DNA from: Basidiobolus meristosporus CBS 931.73
Lineage: Eukaryota; Fungi; Basidiobolomycota
DNA: 64,000 nucleotides
NCBI GenBank assembly: GCA_002104905.1
Contig: MCFE01000220.1
Span: 1-64,000 of the forward strand
Direction: 5' to 3'
Below are positions 22,614 through 34,453 of the stretch, piece after piece. The number at the start of each line of letters is the position of its first letter. Positions within the stretch are counted from its first letter, which is position 1. The position numbers were made by a program, and so were the translations under genes. The notes under the pieces were generated by a model, which was not told the DNA's origin, searched no databases, and worked only from the letters and a program-made list of their open reading frames with translations.

Positions 22614-23872
22614 ATCCCGTTGAGCATTTTCTGTTTCTTGTGTGATTCTGATATGCCGTTTGGTATTTGTTTATAAGCTCATGTCTATGCGAGTGAGGTT
22701 CCAAATGTCAATGCAGTAACCTATTGAATAAAAGCCAATTACATGATCAACTTTAATACATTTTGCTGGATTATTGGAGGTGGATTGGTGGCTCAAGTTA
22801 GTACTGTATCTTCAAAATACCTTGTGATTAAACTGGATATTATGGAGCAAATACTGCCTAAAGGAGGACCATGACCGATGTGGTCAATGGGGGATATTAT
22901 ATTTATACAATCTCTCGTGGCGATAACAAGTACCTTCGAGTTGAGGTATTAAATGCAATGCACTACAAATTGGGAAGCTTGGTATGTGTAGTAGGATAAC
23001 GTTCTAGTTAGAGTAACGTACGATACATAATGTATGGAGCTACGCTCCGTCTCTAGACAGGACTATCTCGGCTGTATGTTACATATTTAGGTTCAATTTT
23101 TTTGAAGTAATTCATGCATGTTTCCTAACGATGTTTTGGCTCCAATTGTCGATTAGTGAGAATCATATTGGAGACCATGACGGTGGGCGGAATGCTAGCC
23201 GCAAAGATCACTATTTCGATGGCTACTAAAAGGAAATATGGGTTTTATTGGCTACTTTGAACGACAAAAATGATTTAGGCATTGTTGCTTCAGAATGTGT
23301 ACATGAATCAAGAGATATTGGGTGTCAGTGGCACTTGGCCTGAAGAGGTGTTGACCGGATAGGGAGAAGTCCCAATAAGAGGTACTTCTCGATTGCCGGC
23401 ATTCAATGATGATTGAGTGTCAAACCAAACTAACCAACAAAACAGCCATTCCAACCATCATTGTGGGATATAAATAAATCTTGACGTAAACAAATGAAAT
23501 CTCATAGTGTTTTTATCTAACGCCGAAAAATACATTAATGCCGTATTTTTCAGTGTACCAACTATATTCTCATCTTACTACTAATATACTTGAAATGCAT
23601 AAGCGTATGTCTCTAAAATGGTTGTCTACACTAATGTCGAAGTACTTACGCCATAGGCAGTGTAAGAAGTTCTACTAACTCGACCTTCTCTGCGAAGCTC
23701 TCTTCGCAATAACAACAGCATTTACCACACCATCACCAACTTGTACAGGTGAGCTTTATTCAAAATAGCTATTACATGTAGGCATTCAGCTCTTTGCTAA
23801 TAAGTATATACTAGCAAGACGCAATAAAAGATATGTTACCTACTGCCAAAAAAATACAAATATGAACTATAT

Positions 23873-25000
23873 TTAATAGCCACCACTGTTGTATTCACCA
23901 TTGCGACCACCATTATAGCCGCCGTTACGGTTACTGTCATACCCACTATTATGTCCACTACTGTGTCTATCGGTGTAACCGCTATGTCTGCTGTATCCAA
24001 CCCGAATCTTGCCATCCAGGAGATTGCACACACTGGGATTGACACTGACTCCAACAAGCTGCGCTGCTCCAACAATCACTCGACACTTCAGTCTCTCGAG
24101 ACGGAGAAGGTCGATGTCGACACCCAAGCGAAGGCAAACGCCTAGATCGATTTTGGCGCCACACAAGGTGTGGATCTTGGCAATGATGGTCTCGCACGAC
24201 TTGGGGTAGCGGGGCTTTCCGGTCGTTGGTGGGTAGGTAGGAGGCTGACAGCTCTTGCATGGCTTCTCAGGGGTGGTGGGGGGATAGGCCGGAGGCTGGA
24301 CAGGAGGCTTGCTTGGCTTGCCAGGCTTACCAGGTTTGCCAGGTTTGCAAGGCTTCTCTGGCTCAGTGGGGGTCTTGGGTGGCTTGGATGGCTTGTCGTG
24401 CATGACACTCACCTCGCCATCTCTCTTGATGTGCTTCTTCCCATTGCCTCCAAGGGCCAGGCAAACCTTCGCGTCAGCCTTGATCCCCAGGATGTTGGCT
24501 GCGGCACAAGCCTCAACACAGGTCATCTTGGATGGGACACCGCTGATGAGGGGGATCAGCTTGATGATGACATCGTTCAAGCAGACCTTCGCATCCACCT
24601 TGATGCCGAATGCGGCGAGTCGCGCGACCACACCGTTACACGCGGATTTAGCATGTTTGGCAGAGACTGAGGTGGTCTTGGACTTCTTTCCATGTCCAGC
24701 AGAGGCCAAGCATACCTTCGCGTCAGCCTTGATTCCAAGAATGTTGGCTGCTGCCACGGCTTCTATGCATGTCATCTTGGATGGGACACCGCTGATGTGA
24801 GGGATCAGCTTGACAACGGTATTGTCCAAGCAGACCTTAGCGTCAGCCTTGACTCCAAAGATAGCCAGCCTTGCCACTACTCCGTCGCAGACGGACTTCG
24901 AGTGTTGAGCACTGATGGGAGTGGCACTCAGATTGATCGGCTCTTCGGCCATTACAAGCACAGCAGGTAACAAAGCTAAGGCGCTAGCGAAGAGCTTCAT
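23873..25000 (-). CDS. Secreted Cys/Pro/Gly-rich repeat protein, copy E
   Basis: Same architecture; lacks one KPCKSCQPP module. Confidence 0.87.
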   Translation of the reverse strand: MKLFASALALLPAVLVMAEEPINLSATPISAQHSKSVCDGVVARLAIFGVKADAKVCLDNTVVKLIPHISGVPSKMTCIEAVAAANILGIKADAKVCLASAGHGKKSKTTSVSAKHAKSACNGVVARLAAFGIKVDAKVCLNDVIIKLIPLISGVPSKMTCVEACAAANILGIKADAKVCLALGGNGKKHIKRDGEVSVMHDKPSKPPKTPTEPEKPCKPGKPGKPGKPSKPPVQPPAYPPTTPEKPCKSCQPPTYPPTTGKPRYPKSCETIIAKIHTLCGAKIDLGVCLRLGVDIDLLRLERLKCRVIVGAAQLVGVSVNPSVCNLLDGKIRVGYSRHSGYTDRHSSGHNSGYDSNRNGGYNGGRNGEYNSGGY

Positions 25001-25643
25001 GGTGACGATCAATCGAGAAAGAGGGGAGTAGAGGAGAGATGAGTTTGAATTGTTTGACTGCTGGCGGGAGATTGTGTATTTATAGCAAGCATTCTCCTCC
25101 GAAGATCAATATGCCAGTGACATATTGAGCCAACAACCGGTTCGGAGTGAGACGAATCCTACCGTCGAGAACGACTAACATATCTGTCAGCACTTCGTAC
25201 TACCATGTGAATTATGAGGAGGTTTGTAGCTTCCCTACGAATGGTTGTACCTCAAGGCATTTGATAATCATTCATATAGAGCTGGTGCGAAATCAGACCC
25301 AAACATACAAGCACAAAATGATATTTTGTTTGGGTTCACAAATTTGATTGATAAACAGAAAAGAGAAATGCCCTAAATTACATTTATTGCTGATCATTGA
25401 ATCCGCAGATATGCCTAAAGTAATGTTTGATTCATGCCACAAACCAAATACAACTCAAGCAGCTTCACCTTTGATTGCTGGTACTGGAGTTGTGTACCTA
25501 AATATACCCCCACTCCGGGCAGATTAGAGACTCAACGAACTTTGGAGGAGACTGCTTGCTATAAATATACGATCTCCCGCCAGCAGTCAAACAATTCAAA
25601 GTCATCTCTCCTCTACTCCCCTCTTTCTCGATTGATCGTCACC
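25001..25643. promoter_or_regulatory. Bidirectional promoter spacer 3 (643 bp), same orientation as spacer 1, diverged centre
   Basis: The ends match spacer 1 closely; the middle is only partly alignable. Confidence 0.7.
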
Positions 25644-26792
25644 ATGAAGCTCTTCGCTAGCGCCTTAGCTTTGTTACCTGCTGTGCTTGTAATGGCCGAA
25701 GAGCCGATCAATCTGAGTGCCACTCCCATCAGTACTCAACACTCGAAGTCCGTCTGCGACGGAGTAGTGGCAAGGCTCGCTATCTTTGGAGTCAAGGCTG
25801 ACGCTAAGGTCTGCTTGGACAACACCGTTGTGAAGCTGATCCCTCACATCAGCGGTGTCCCATCCAAGATGACATGCATAGAAGCCGTGGCAGCAGCCAA
25901 CATTCTGGGAATCAAGGCTGACGCGAAGGTGTGCTTGGCCTCTGCTGGACATGGAAAGAAGCCCAAGACCACCACAGTCTCTGCCAAACATGCTAAATCC
26001 GCGTGTAACGGCGTGGTCGCGCGACTCGCCGCATTCGGCATCAAGGTGGATGCGAAGGTCTGCTTGAACGATGTCATCATCAAGCTGATCCCCCTCATCA
26101 GCGGCGTCCCATCCAAGATGACCTGTGTTGAGGCTTGTGCTGCAGCCAACATCCTGGGGATCAAGGCTGACGCGAAGGTCTGCCTGGCCCTTGGAGGCAA
26201 TGGGAAGAAGCACATCAAGAGAGATGGCGAGGTGAGTGTCATGCACGATAAGCCATCCAAGCCACCCAAGACCCCCACTGAGCCAGAGAAGCCTTGCAAA
26301 CCTGGCAAACCTGGTAAGCCTGGCAAGCCCAGCAAGCCTCCTGTACAGCCTCCGGCCTATCCCCCCACCACCCCTGAGAAGCCATGCAAGAGCTGTCAGC
26401 CTCCTACCTACCCACCAACGACCGGAAAGCCCCGCTACCCCAAGTCGTGCGAGACCATCATTGCCAAGATCCACACCTTGTGTGGCGCCAAAATCGATCT
26501 AGGCGTTTGCCTTCGCTTGGGTGTCGACATCGACCTTCTCCGCCTCGAGAGACTGAAGTGTCGAGTGATTGTTGGAGCAGCGCAGCTTGTTGGAGTCAGC
26601 GTCAATCCCAGCGTGTGCAATCTCTTGGATGGCAAGATTCGGGTTGGATACAACAGACATGGTGGCTATACTGGTGGACACACTGGTAGATATAATCGAG
26701 GTCATAATGGTGATTACAATGCTGGGCATGATGGTGGTTACGACGGAGATCGCAATAGTGGCTATAATGGCGGTCATGATGGTGGCTACTAA
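25644..26792 (+). CDS. Secreted Cys/Pro/Gly-rich repeat protein, copy F
   Basis: Same architecture; lacks the same module as E. Confidence 0.87.
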   Translation: MKLFASALALLPAVLVMAEEPINLSATPISTQHSKSVCDGVVARLAIFGVKADAKVCLDNTVVKLIPHISGVPSKMTCIEAVAAANILGIKADAKVCLASAGHGKKPKTTTVSAKHAKSACNGVVARLAAFGIKVDAKVCLNDVIIKLIPLISGVPSKMTCVEACAAANILGIKADAKVCLALGGNGKKHIKRDGEVSVMHDKPSKPPKTPTEPEKPCKPGKPGKPGKPSKPPVQPPAYPPTTPEKPCKSCQPPTYPPTTGKPRYPKSCETIIAKIHTLCGAKIDLGVCLRLGVDIDLLRLERLKCRVIVGAAQLVGVSVNPSVCNLLDGKIRVGYNRHGGYTGGHTGRYNRGHNGDYNAGHDGGYDGDRNSGYNGGHDGGY

Positions 26793-27098
26793 ATTGGGAG
26801 GTGCTTGGCTGCAGTATATATTTTAGTTCAGTCTCTTTGTATTTGTTTATGAGCACTTACAGTAACCTATTTGAATAAAGTTTACCTACCTGTTCCGTTT
26901 CGATAGTGATCTAATCACCAGCTTCCAAGTTTATATTAGAGATGCAGGAAGACCAAACTAATAATTAATAGTCGCCAGCCTGTACACAATAGTAGTAAGG
27001 GGCTTCGTATATTCCAGTGGTTTGCGAATTTAATAGTGATTTATTTATATAATGGCTCAATGGTCAGATTTGCTGATCAGTATGGTTTAGTTTGATAA

Positions 27099-28200
27099 TC
27101 AACCAGATATGAATGCCTGTAAGCCCGAAGCACCACACAATGAGACTACACAGCCAGCAGTAAGTAGTCCTCTGAAAATCATTGACCGCCAGTCCCACAG
27201 ATACCACAATTCATCAGCCCATCTTGAAACGGTGACATTCCAACTATTTACCCTATCGTTGTTTTCGACTATTTCCATCAAGAGAGGCTGCCTACAATAC
27301 GGACACGACTTGTCTCCAGGGCCGGATTCCCACCACACCTTGATACAAAACCGATGGGCCACGTGTTGTGACATTTTACAGAAGTTGTACAACTCGTTAG
27401 GAACATATGCTGGCTCGTCACCGTTGAATAGCATACCCTCAGACTCTGATGTTGGTAAATCTCGTACACCTGCACCATAACATATGCAACAGTCAGCATC
27501 CGTAGCTCCGATGGGTGCCGGTCTTCCAATCAAAGTGACTCTAGACCTGCGACGGCAGATTGTATTTAAAAGAAGCAAATGAATTATCTCATCGCACACA
27601 ACAGCAGAGCATGTCAAAGCGATTAACGATGGTATCATTGAATGGGAAATCCTCCCTTGTCGAATCAAACTGAGTGGTGGCTTCGGAAGTTTTCGTAACT
27701 ACAATACTAGGTTGTGAGTAAGAATGGCCAATAATGATGTATTTACACTTCTGGGCTACCCAGTACACCACAACACTTCCACGGCTTAACTTACTTTGTG
27801 ACGCATCCAGCGTAAGACGCCATAGGCCAACTAGCAACGTGAAGTGGTTATTGTAAATCCCGGTCCAACTTGAAGACACGAGTTTAACCGAGCTCTTACC
27901 GTCAAGTGATAGAAAGTAAAGATGCGTTTTTCATCCTCGTTCAGCAACTGTCGCCTAAAGAAGTACCCATGATGTTGCAAGACAGAAGCTTGGGAAAAGT
28001 ATGAGCGTTAACGGTCAGATTACAAGCAACGCCATGTCTTTTCAGGGGGTAAACCTTTTGCCCAAGAGCTGCAGGCAAGTGCCACAGAAACGATACGTAG
28101 ACTCCAGAGCCAATTATCACGATCTGTTTGTAGCATTATAAAGCAAACTTTGCGAAGGGGAAATCCCAAGAATTTGTCGTACGAATATAACAGACAGGAA
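27099..28200 (-). CDS. Membrane protein with RING-variant (C4HC3-like) domain, multi-exon; 5' end uncertain
   Basis: CCICY...FCKMSQHVAHRFCIKVWW..CPYCRQPL flanked by hydrophobic segments. GT-AG introns at ~27.73-28.02 kb. Confidence 0.6.
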
Positions 28201-28442
28201 AATTCAAGAGGAAGAAGCAATTCACTTGGATTGGATGGCTTAGTTCATATACAAAGCAACACAAGTCACTCTCTGCCCTCGATAGATCTACTGCATTGTG
28301 CTTTTGATCTATTGAATTTACTTAATTCAATCATGTAATAATCATGCCTGCAGGTAAACATTCTTTCATTTTTTTAGCATGCTTTTACGATCAAGAATTT
28401 ACGCAGCAATGATAGCTTAGCTTGAACATTTTAGTTAAATCC

Positions 28443-29864
28443 ATGGCTGCTGTTCGACGCTCAGAGCGTTTATCAAACAAAAAGAGTGCTTGTAAAGTAG
28501 TAGAAGCAAGAGGTCCAGAAGAAAAACCTTCCGGTTTACAAGCAAGGAAACGCAAAGCAAAAACGACAGTAACCAAGCAAGATAAAAGCTCACCAGATAT
28601 ATCGTTAACCTCCGAAACCAAGGTTACGATCCCCAACCCTGCCAATAATTCGGAATCCGTGTTGGAACAGTCGACAACAGCCTGCAAACATAGAAAAGAA
28701 GGTTAGCGCTAGTAGGTTTGTTATAGACCCGAGAGAATCCTAATTTCATAGGAAAGATCATATAGACATGTCAATCAAAACAACGGCCTCCATTACACCA
28801 TTACTCCTACGCAACCAGCAATCCAAAAAATTCGTCGGGGCGCACGTTAGCGCGGCTAAAGGGGTATACAATGCAATTTATAATGCGCACCTGATAGGGT
28901 AATTGCCACACTGATATCTCTTGACTTGTATATTGAACTAAACTGTCTGATCCGGACAGTGGTCAAGCGTTTGCGCTGTTCTTGAAGTCCCAGCGGAAAT
29001 GGACCTCCCCGGACTATACGTCAAAACAGGTGGAAACGTTTCATGCGGCTCTTCAGAACTTCGCATACTCCCCCAGCCAAATATTACCTCATGGAAGCTA
29101 TTTGGTGAATCTTGGAAATCCAGATTCCGAAAAGCGAAAGCTTTCGTATGAAGCATTCCTGGACGATTTGAAAAGGTGTGAGCAGCTCGGTCTGAAGCTG
29201 TATAATTTCCAGTAAGCAAGCGTCCCACGATATATGTGCATCAAGTAGATTTGTAGTAAGTAGATTTGCTCATCCTCGTTAGCCCTGGATCGACAGTGGG
29301 GAAATGCACAAATCAAGAATCCATTCAATACATCGCTGATGGGATCAATCAAGCGCACCAGGAAACCAAATCGGTTGTATGCGTACTTGAGAACATGGTA
29401 AGCATGCGCGGTTAGGCGGTGGGTCCTGAGCTAACACCTTGGAAACGTAGGCTGGCAGCGGGAACGTCATTGGATCCAAGTTTGAGGAGTTGAGATCGAT
29501 CATTGACTTGGTAAGAGATCAGAGTAGAGTTGGCGTTTGTCTGGACACCTGTCATGCGTTTGCTGCCGGGTACGATCTGAGAACAGAAGTGGAGTACAAC
29601 AAGGTCATCGATGAGTTCGATAAAATCGTGGGTCTGAACTATCTACGTGGCCTTCACCTCAACGATTCCAAGACCGAGCTGGGCTCCAAAAAGGACCGCC
29701 ACGAGCTCATCGGCAAAGGACACATTGGCCTAGATGCCTTCAGATTCATCATGAACGATGCTAGACTCGAGGGTATCCCAATGGTTCTAGAGACTCCGTT
29801 CAGTGGGGATGCCGGATACGCCCAAGAAATAGAACTTCTGTATAGCTTAGTCGAGGACAAGTGA
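28443..29864 (+). CDS. APN1: AP endonuclease 1 (endonuclease IV family), multi-exon
   Basis: [65 protein letters not shown] and PMVLETP. Confidence 0.95.
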
Positions 29865-29957
29865 CCTCTTGGTTGGACATGTTGTGCCAGTCTTAATATG
29901 TTGATTTTATTATCCTCAAACATCAATAATATACAAGTCGAATGAAACAACATTAGT

Positions 29958-31436
29958 CTAGTGCTCACAGCCACAATCGCCGTGCTCGTGCTCGTGTTCG
30001 TGATCGTGTGGAACATGATAGTGAACTTCAGGCACTTGATCCATGATCACCTTCAAGATACCTTCTCCGATCTCACCGGTGATGCAGAGATTTTGCAATG
30101 AGGGGAAGCTTTCCAAAAGGTCGATGACATCCTCGGCAGCCACATCGTTGCAATCGAGAACACCGAGTTCATACAGACGAGTGCAATGGGCCTTCAATGC
30201 CTTGAGACCGGTGGGGGTCAACTCTTGAAGAGTCAATTGCTCCAACAATGGGAGATTCTCGGCGATTGATACAACACCGGCATCTGTGACTTGGACACCG
30301 AAAGAAAGATGAAGGTTGCGTAGCTTTTTACATGAGGTGGCAATGGTCTTGACCATGTCATCGGTGATCTCGTCGGATTCCCAGACAAGGGATTCCAAGT
30401 TGGCGAAGTTAGAAGCGAGTGATTGAGCAACCCCTTCTGTTGGCAGATCGAATGCCACCTCGAGGTGCTTGAGGTTGGGGAGCGACTCGGCCAACTTGGT
30501 AAGGAAGCCAGATGAGTGGACCTCGTTATGATCGAACAAGTTCATGTTGAAAGACTCCAACTTGGGGCACAGAAGAATGTCCAAGGGCAATCTCTGGCTA
30601 GGCCCAGACTCGTCGACAGGCTCACATTCTTCAAATACGTTGAGGTAGCGGAGGGTGTCCTTGCGTGACTGGATGAATGTTTTCAAGTCCTCAGAGTCAC
30701 CATAGGGGTTGACTTGTACTCTGGTAAGCTTGGGGAGATCACAGATCAAAGAGAAATCAACGCCATCGGCACAAAGGGTTTCGAGGTTCTGGAATGGTTC
30801 CCAATCTTCCTTAGTCCAGTCCCTGCTTTCAGTCTCCTCACTAGCCTCCTCCTTGTCGTTTTCCTGACCCTCTTCGTCCTCTTCTTCCTCGTCTTCTTCC
30901 TCGTCTTCATCTTCACCATCAATGCAAAGCTCCTTGAGGTTGGGACAACCACGTCCAATAGCTGCTACAGTATCATGGCTAAGGTTGTCACAGCCATACA
31001 GGTTCAACACCTTTAGGCTGCTAAGCTCCGAGATGTGCTCTAATACAGAGTCGCTCAAGAAAGCGGGACCACGGAGTGGCGAGTGGCTGGTCTCTGGGGT
31101 AGACATGTTCAACAAAGCACCCGAGCCGATCAATTCCGGGCCGTAACCAATGCAAAGATACTCCAATCCCTTGCACTTCTCCAGGATCACAGCCAAGTCC
31201 TCATCGGTAAAGACCACGGGCTCTTCCTCCTCCTCAGGCTCTTCATCGTCTTCGCTGGCTAGCTTTTCCTCTAGAGGCTTCTTAAGGAACAAGGGGCTCA
31301 AGTCGAGGCCTCTGACGCTGGAAGAAAAGCTTCCAACCTGAATTTCCTCGATGAACTTGGCCAAAAGTTCCTCAGTATAGATACGAAGGTAGCTACCAGA
31401 GTCGGTATTAGTATAATCAGACCAAGTAATAGACAT
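29958..31436 (-). CDS. Acidic RNI-like LRR protein, paralog 3, with His/Cys-rich C-terminal tail
   Basis: Aligns throughout with 8927-10435 and 11028-12530; ends HVPHDHEHEHEHGDCGCEH. Confidence 0.82.
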   Translation of the reverse strand: MSITWSDYTNTDSGSYLRIYTEELLAKFIEEIQVGSFSSSVRGLDLSPLFLKKPLEEKLASEDDEEPEEEEEPVVFTDEDLAVILEKCKGLEYLCIGYGPELIGSGALLNMSTPETSHSPLRGPAFLSDSVLEHISELSSLKVLNLYGCDNLSHDTVAAIGRGCPNLKELCIDGEDEDEEEDEEEEDEEGQENDKEEASEETESRDWTKEDWEPFQNLETLCADGVDFSLICDLPKLTRVQVNPYGDSEDLKTFIQSRKDTLRYLNVFEECEPVDESGPSQRLPLDILLCPKLESFNMNLFDHNEVHSSGFLTKLAESLPNLKHLEVAFDLPTEGVAQSLASNFANLESLVWESDEITDDMVKTIATSCKKLRNLHLSFGVQVTDAGVVSIAENLPLLEQLTLQELTPTGLKALKAHCTRLYELGVLDCNDVAAEDVIDLLESFPSLQNLCITGEIGEGILKVIMDQVPEVHYHVPHDHEHEHEHGDCGCEH

Positions 31437-31592
31437 GACGATGAACTGAATCCTGAGAGGAGACAACTCGATTTATAAGAGAAAAAATTCTCCAAGCCAA
31501 GCAAATTTCGATTTGCTCAAATGTTTGTTTATCAAATGCATAATAACAGATCGTTTATTTGTTTTCTGAAATGATCAAAAAAGAATCATGCA

Positions 31593-33035
31593 CTATCGAG
31601 TCAGCTCATCTACGCGATTGCGATGGATGGTGAAAGAAGGAGTAACCCAAGCACCACATGAACACTGAGCACCTACACCAAGAACCAAACTTAAAAATGG
31701 TTGCATTCCGAGGAGGGGCTACCTGCTACTTACCTGCCCAGCAGTAGTTTCCGAGTTTACCATCGCACTTGGGGCATAGGATCTTCCCCTCCAATGCCCC
31801 AGAATCAAGTCCGGATATCCACTCCATGGGCTCGATAAAATAAGAAGAACAAGTTGAATGGTTGATGGAAGTTGGATCGGCGCCGATGGCCTAGATAGAA
31901 CGTTAGCTGCTGAATACTCCCCAGGCACATGAGAAACTTACCTGGGAGATGTGAAGTTCCGAGTCTCGTTTGTGATAAGAGAAAGCAGTTTGGCCTTTAC
32001 CCGGAACATGCTCGATGATATGCTCATTAGACACAAGGTTTCTCCTGCAAGGACAATTAACATCAAGCTATACATTTGCTTCGCAAGCTTTGTAGTTACC
32101 GGCATCTCTTGCACCGCAGTTGCTTGACCTTTGGCGTACCAACGGAACTTTTGACCTTCTCCGGATCAGCACCAAGCGTCATTTCCTCAACATATCTCAT
32201 CACTGGTCATCCCACAGGTATTAGATCAACATTGTCTGGCAGCGCACCACGGTGGATTTTATACGTACTGCCCATTTGCTCCGCATCGCTAGCCATCAAG
32301 AAACGGCGGTATGCCGCATTTTTCACATCAACGTCGTAATCGATCTCTTTGTACAGAACAAGTTGGTCGAAGAAACCATGATTGGGGCTGAAATGTCCAA
32401 CGTTCAGTATATTCAAACTCTTTAAACGAACTAAAAAACCCCCACTAACTTCGCCATGAATCGGACCGCTTTGATTTTTTTGAGTGCTTCCAGAGGCTCC
32501 AAATTGAATGTCTTCATCAAATAAGCGCAGACAAATGTAACACTTCTAGATACTCCGGCCACACTACGATGCATGAGCGTTGTCAGCAACCCATAAGTTG
32601 GATTCAAAAGCAACACAACGGAAATACAAGCACCTACCAATGAACCAAAACTTTCCCTCCTTGGTCTAAACAATCTTGGATGTATTGGTTGGTTTCGGGA
32701 AAGTGTTTAATAATATTGCACTCGGCCATGTCTTCGATGTCGACGATTTTGTACTCAAATTTCTAAAACAGAAAATGAACACTGGTTAGCTTGACACACA
32801 TGGCAACGTCAAACGAAAAAAAATCTCTCTGGTGTGGCTTACTTCGGGAAAGGAGGGTGTCATGAAATTGGTTGCTTGCAACACGTGAGTGATGCCGGCA
32901 TTCTGTAAGAATTCCAAGTTTTCAGCAGCTTGAGCGCTTTTGGGAGGGAGTTGAGTCAGCTAAGCCCTAGGGAGAAAGATAGAGGATACAAAACACGTAC
33001 TTTCCAACGAACAAACCGGGAATCACCTCCTGCAT
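31593..33035 (-). CDS. YVH1: Dual-specificity phosphatase YVH1/DUSP12 with C-terminal zinc-binding domain, multi-exon
   Basis: MQEVIPGLFVG, spliced VLVHCVAGVSRS active site, and C-terminal QCSCGAWVTPSFTIHRNRVDE. Confidence 0.88.
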
Positions 33036-33535
33036 GTCTTGCAACTGCACCTGTGGATTCATTATATTATCAAAACTTGGCGAAAATTGCACACTGGCAC
33101 TTGGTTTTGGCAATTTTTTGGACGTATTTTTTTATTTTCTTGACTGCTCTGCAAGTGAATGAATGGCAATTCTATCAAAATCGACATCTGCCGAAAATGA
33201 TTTAATCCGCTTGGGAATACATGATTCCAAAATGAATGGCACCCAAATGCTCTCCTTGATGTGAATGACAGGGACATGGAGGAGATGTATATGCTACGGA
33301 TTTAGCGACAGGGGTAACGTCAATGATGATGGATAGCTACGTTGCTTACGGAAGTGCACTACGAAATAGAAAAAAAACCATTGCATAAGTGAGTTTCTAA
33401 ACGATAGAAACAACAGGAGCCGTTCGTAAAGTCCTAACGAAACGACACATTTAATTTCCAATCCTTCCTGAATAACCCTTGCCCTGATTCGAAAGCCAAT
33501 CAACCTATAAAGCTCACAAGCCCAAGTTTAATAGT

Positions 33536-34197
33536 ATGGAGTGTCTCTTTGGTTTCGTTGGTAAAGACTTTGTTGTCACTGTGAGTGATAACTCCGCTGC
33601 TCGCTCCATCACTGTTATGAAAACGGATGAGGTGAAGAGCAGAGAGCTGAACAAGCACACCCTTATGCTTTATAGTGGTGAGCCAGGTGACACCGTCCAA
33701 TTTGCTGAATACATTCAAAGAAATATTCAACTCTACGGCATCAGAAACGGGGTTGAGCTCTCACCCACCTCCGCTGCGAAATATACCAGACGCGAACTTG
33801 CCAACTCTTTGAGAAGCAGAGTAAGCTCATCTTTCACCACACCCCTTTAAGTGCCTGTTTGTTCTGATGCCGTTGTTTTTTGACCTTTCTGTAGCACCCC
33901 TATCAAGTCAACTTGCTTATTGGTGGATACACCGAGAAGGAGGGTTCCTCTCTTCATTGGATTGATTACTTGGGAGCCCTTGCTGAGGTTCCATTTGCTT
34001 CCCATGGTTATGGTGCTTTCTACCTCATGTCACTCATGGATCGTTTCCACCGCCCCGACATCAATGTCGACGAGGCTAAAGTTCTTGTTCAAAAGTGCAT
34101 AGAGGAACTCAAACGTAGATTCATCGTCAACCTCCCCAACTTCTCCATTCAGATTATTGACAAGGAGGGTATCCGTGATCTTGATGTCGTCTACTAA
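33536..34197 (+). CDS. PRE1: Proteasome subunit beta-4 (PSMB2), one intron
   Basis: AARSITVMK, GEPGDTVQFAEYIQRNIQLY, PYQVNLLIGG and LKRRFIVNLPNF. Confidence 0.95.
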
Positions 34198-34453
34198 TTC
34201 TTCATACCACACTGCGCACACAACCCCTGCTACTCTTGACCGTATTAAATTTACCAAAGGTACTTTCTCTGTTTATTTTTTCTGTCGTGCCTGCTTTTCT
34301 GAACCTACCCGTGTCTTCTATATTGCTACCAAGTATACGGACTAATTAAAAGTTGGCATGTTTTTCATTGGGAAATTGCCTTTACATGATTGAACAACGA
34401 CTGTTTGTGTATGGTATACTGGGATACATGGCTAGAACTACAGTTGGCTATAT

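Noticed and set aside
18400-23870. Hidden genes in the convergent spacers B-C and D-E
   Set aside because: AT-rich with only short ORFs. The similarity between them is limited to decayed 3' flank homology.
15273-26792. A dedicated invertase for the palindromic cassettes
   Set aside because: No tyrosine or serine recombinase ORF and no short specific crossover sites are visible in the window; arm homology suffices.
15375-26856. Many overlapping antisense and alternate-frame ORFs (MDLGNDGLARLG..., MSSRGQAHLRV..., MLGLPGLPG...)
   Set aside because: These are shadows of the GC-rich repetitive CDS and repeat only because the gene does.
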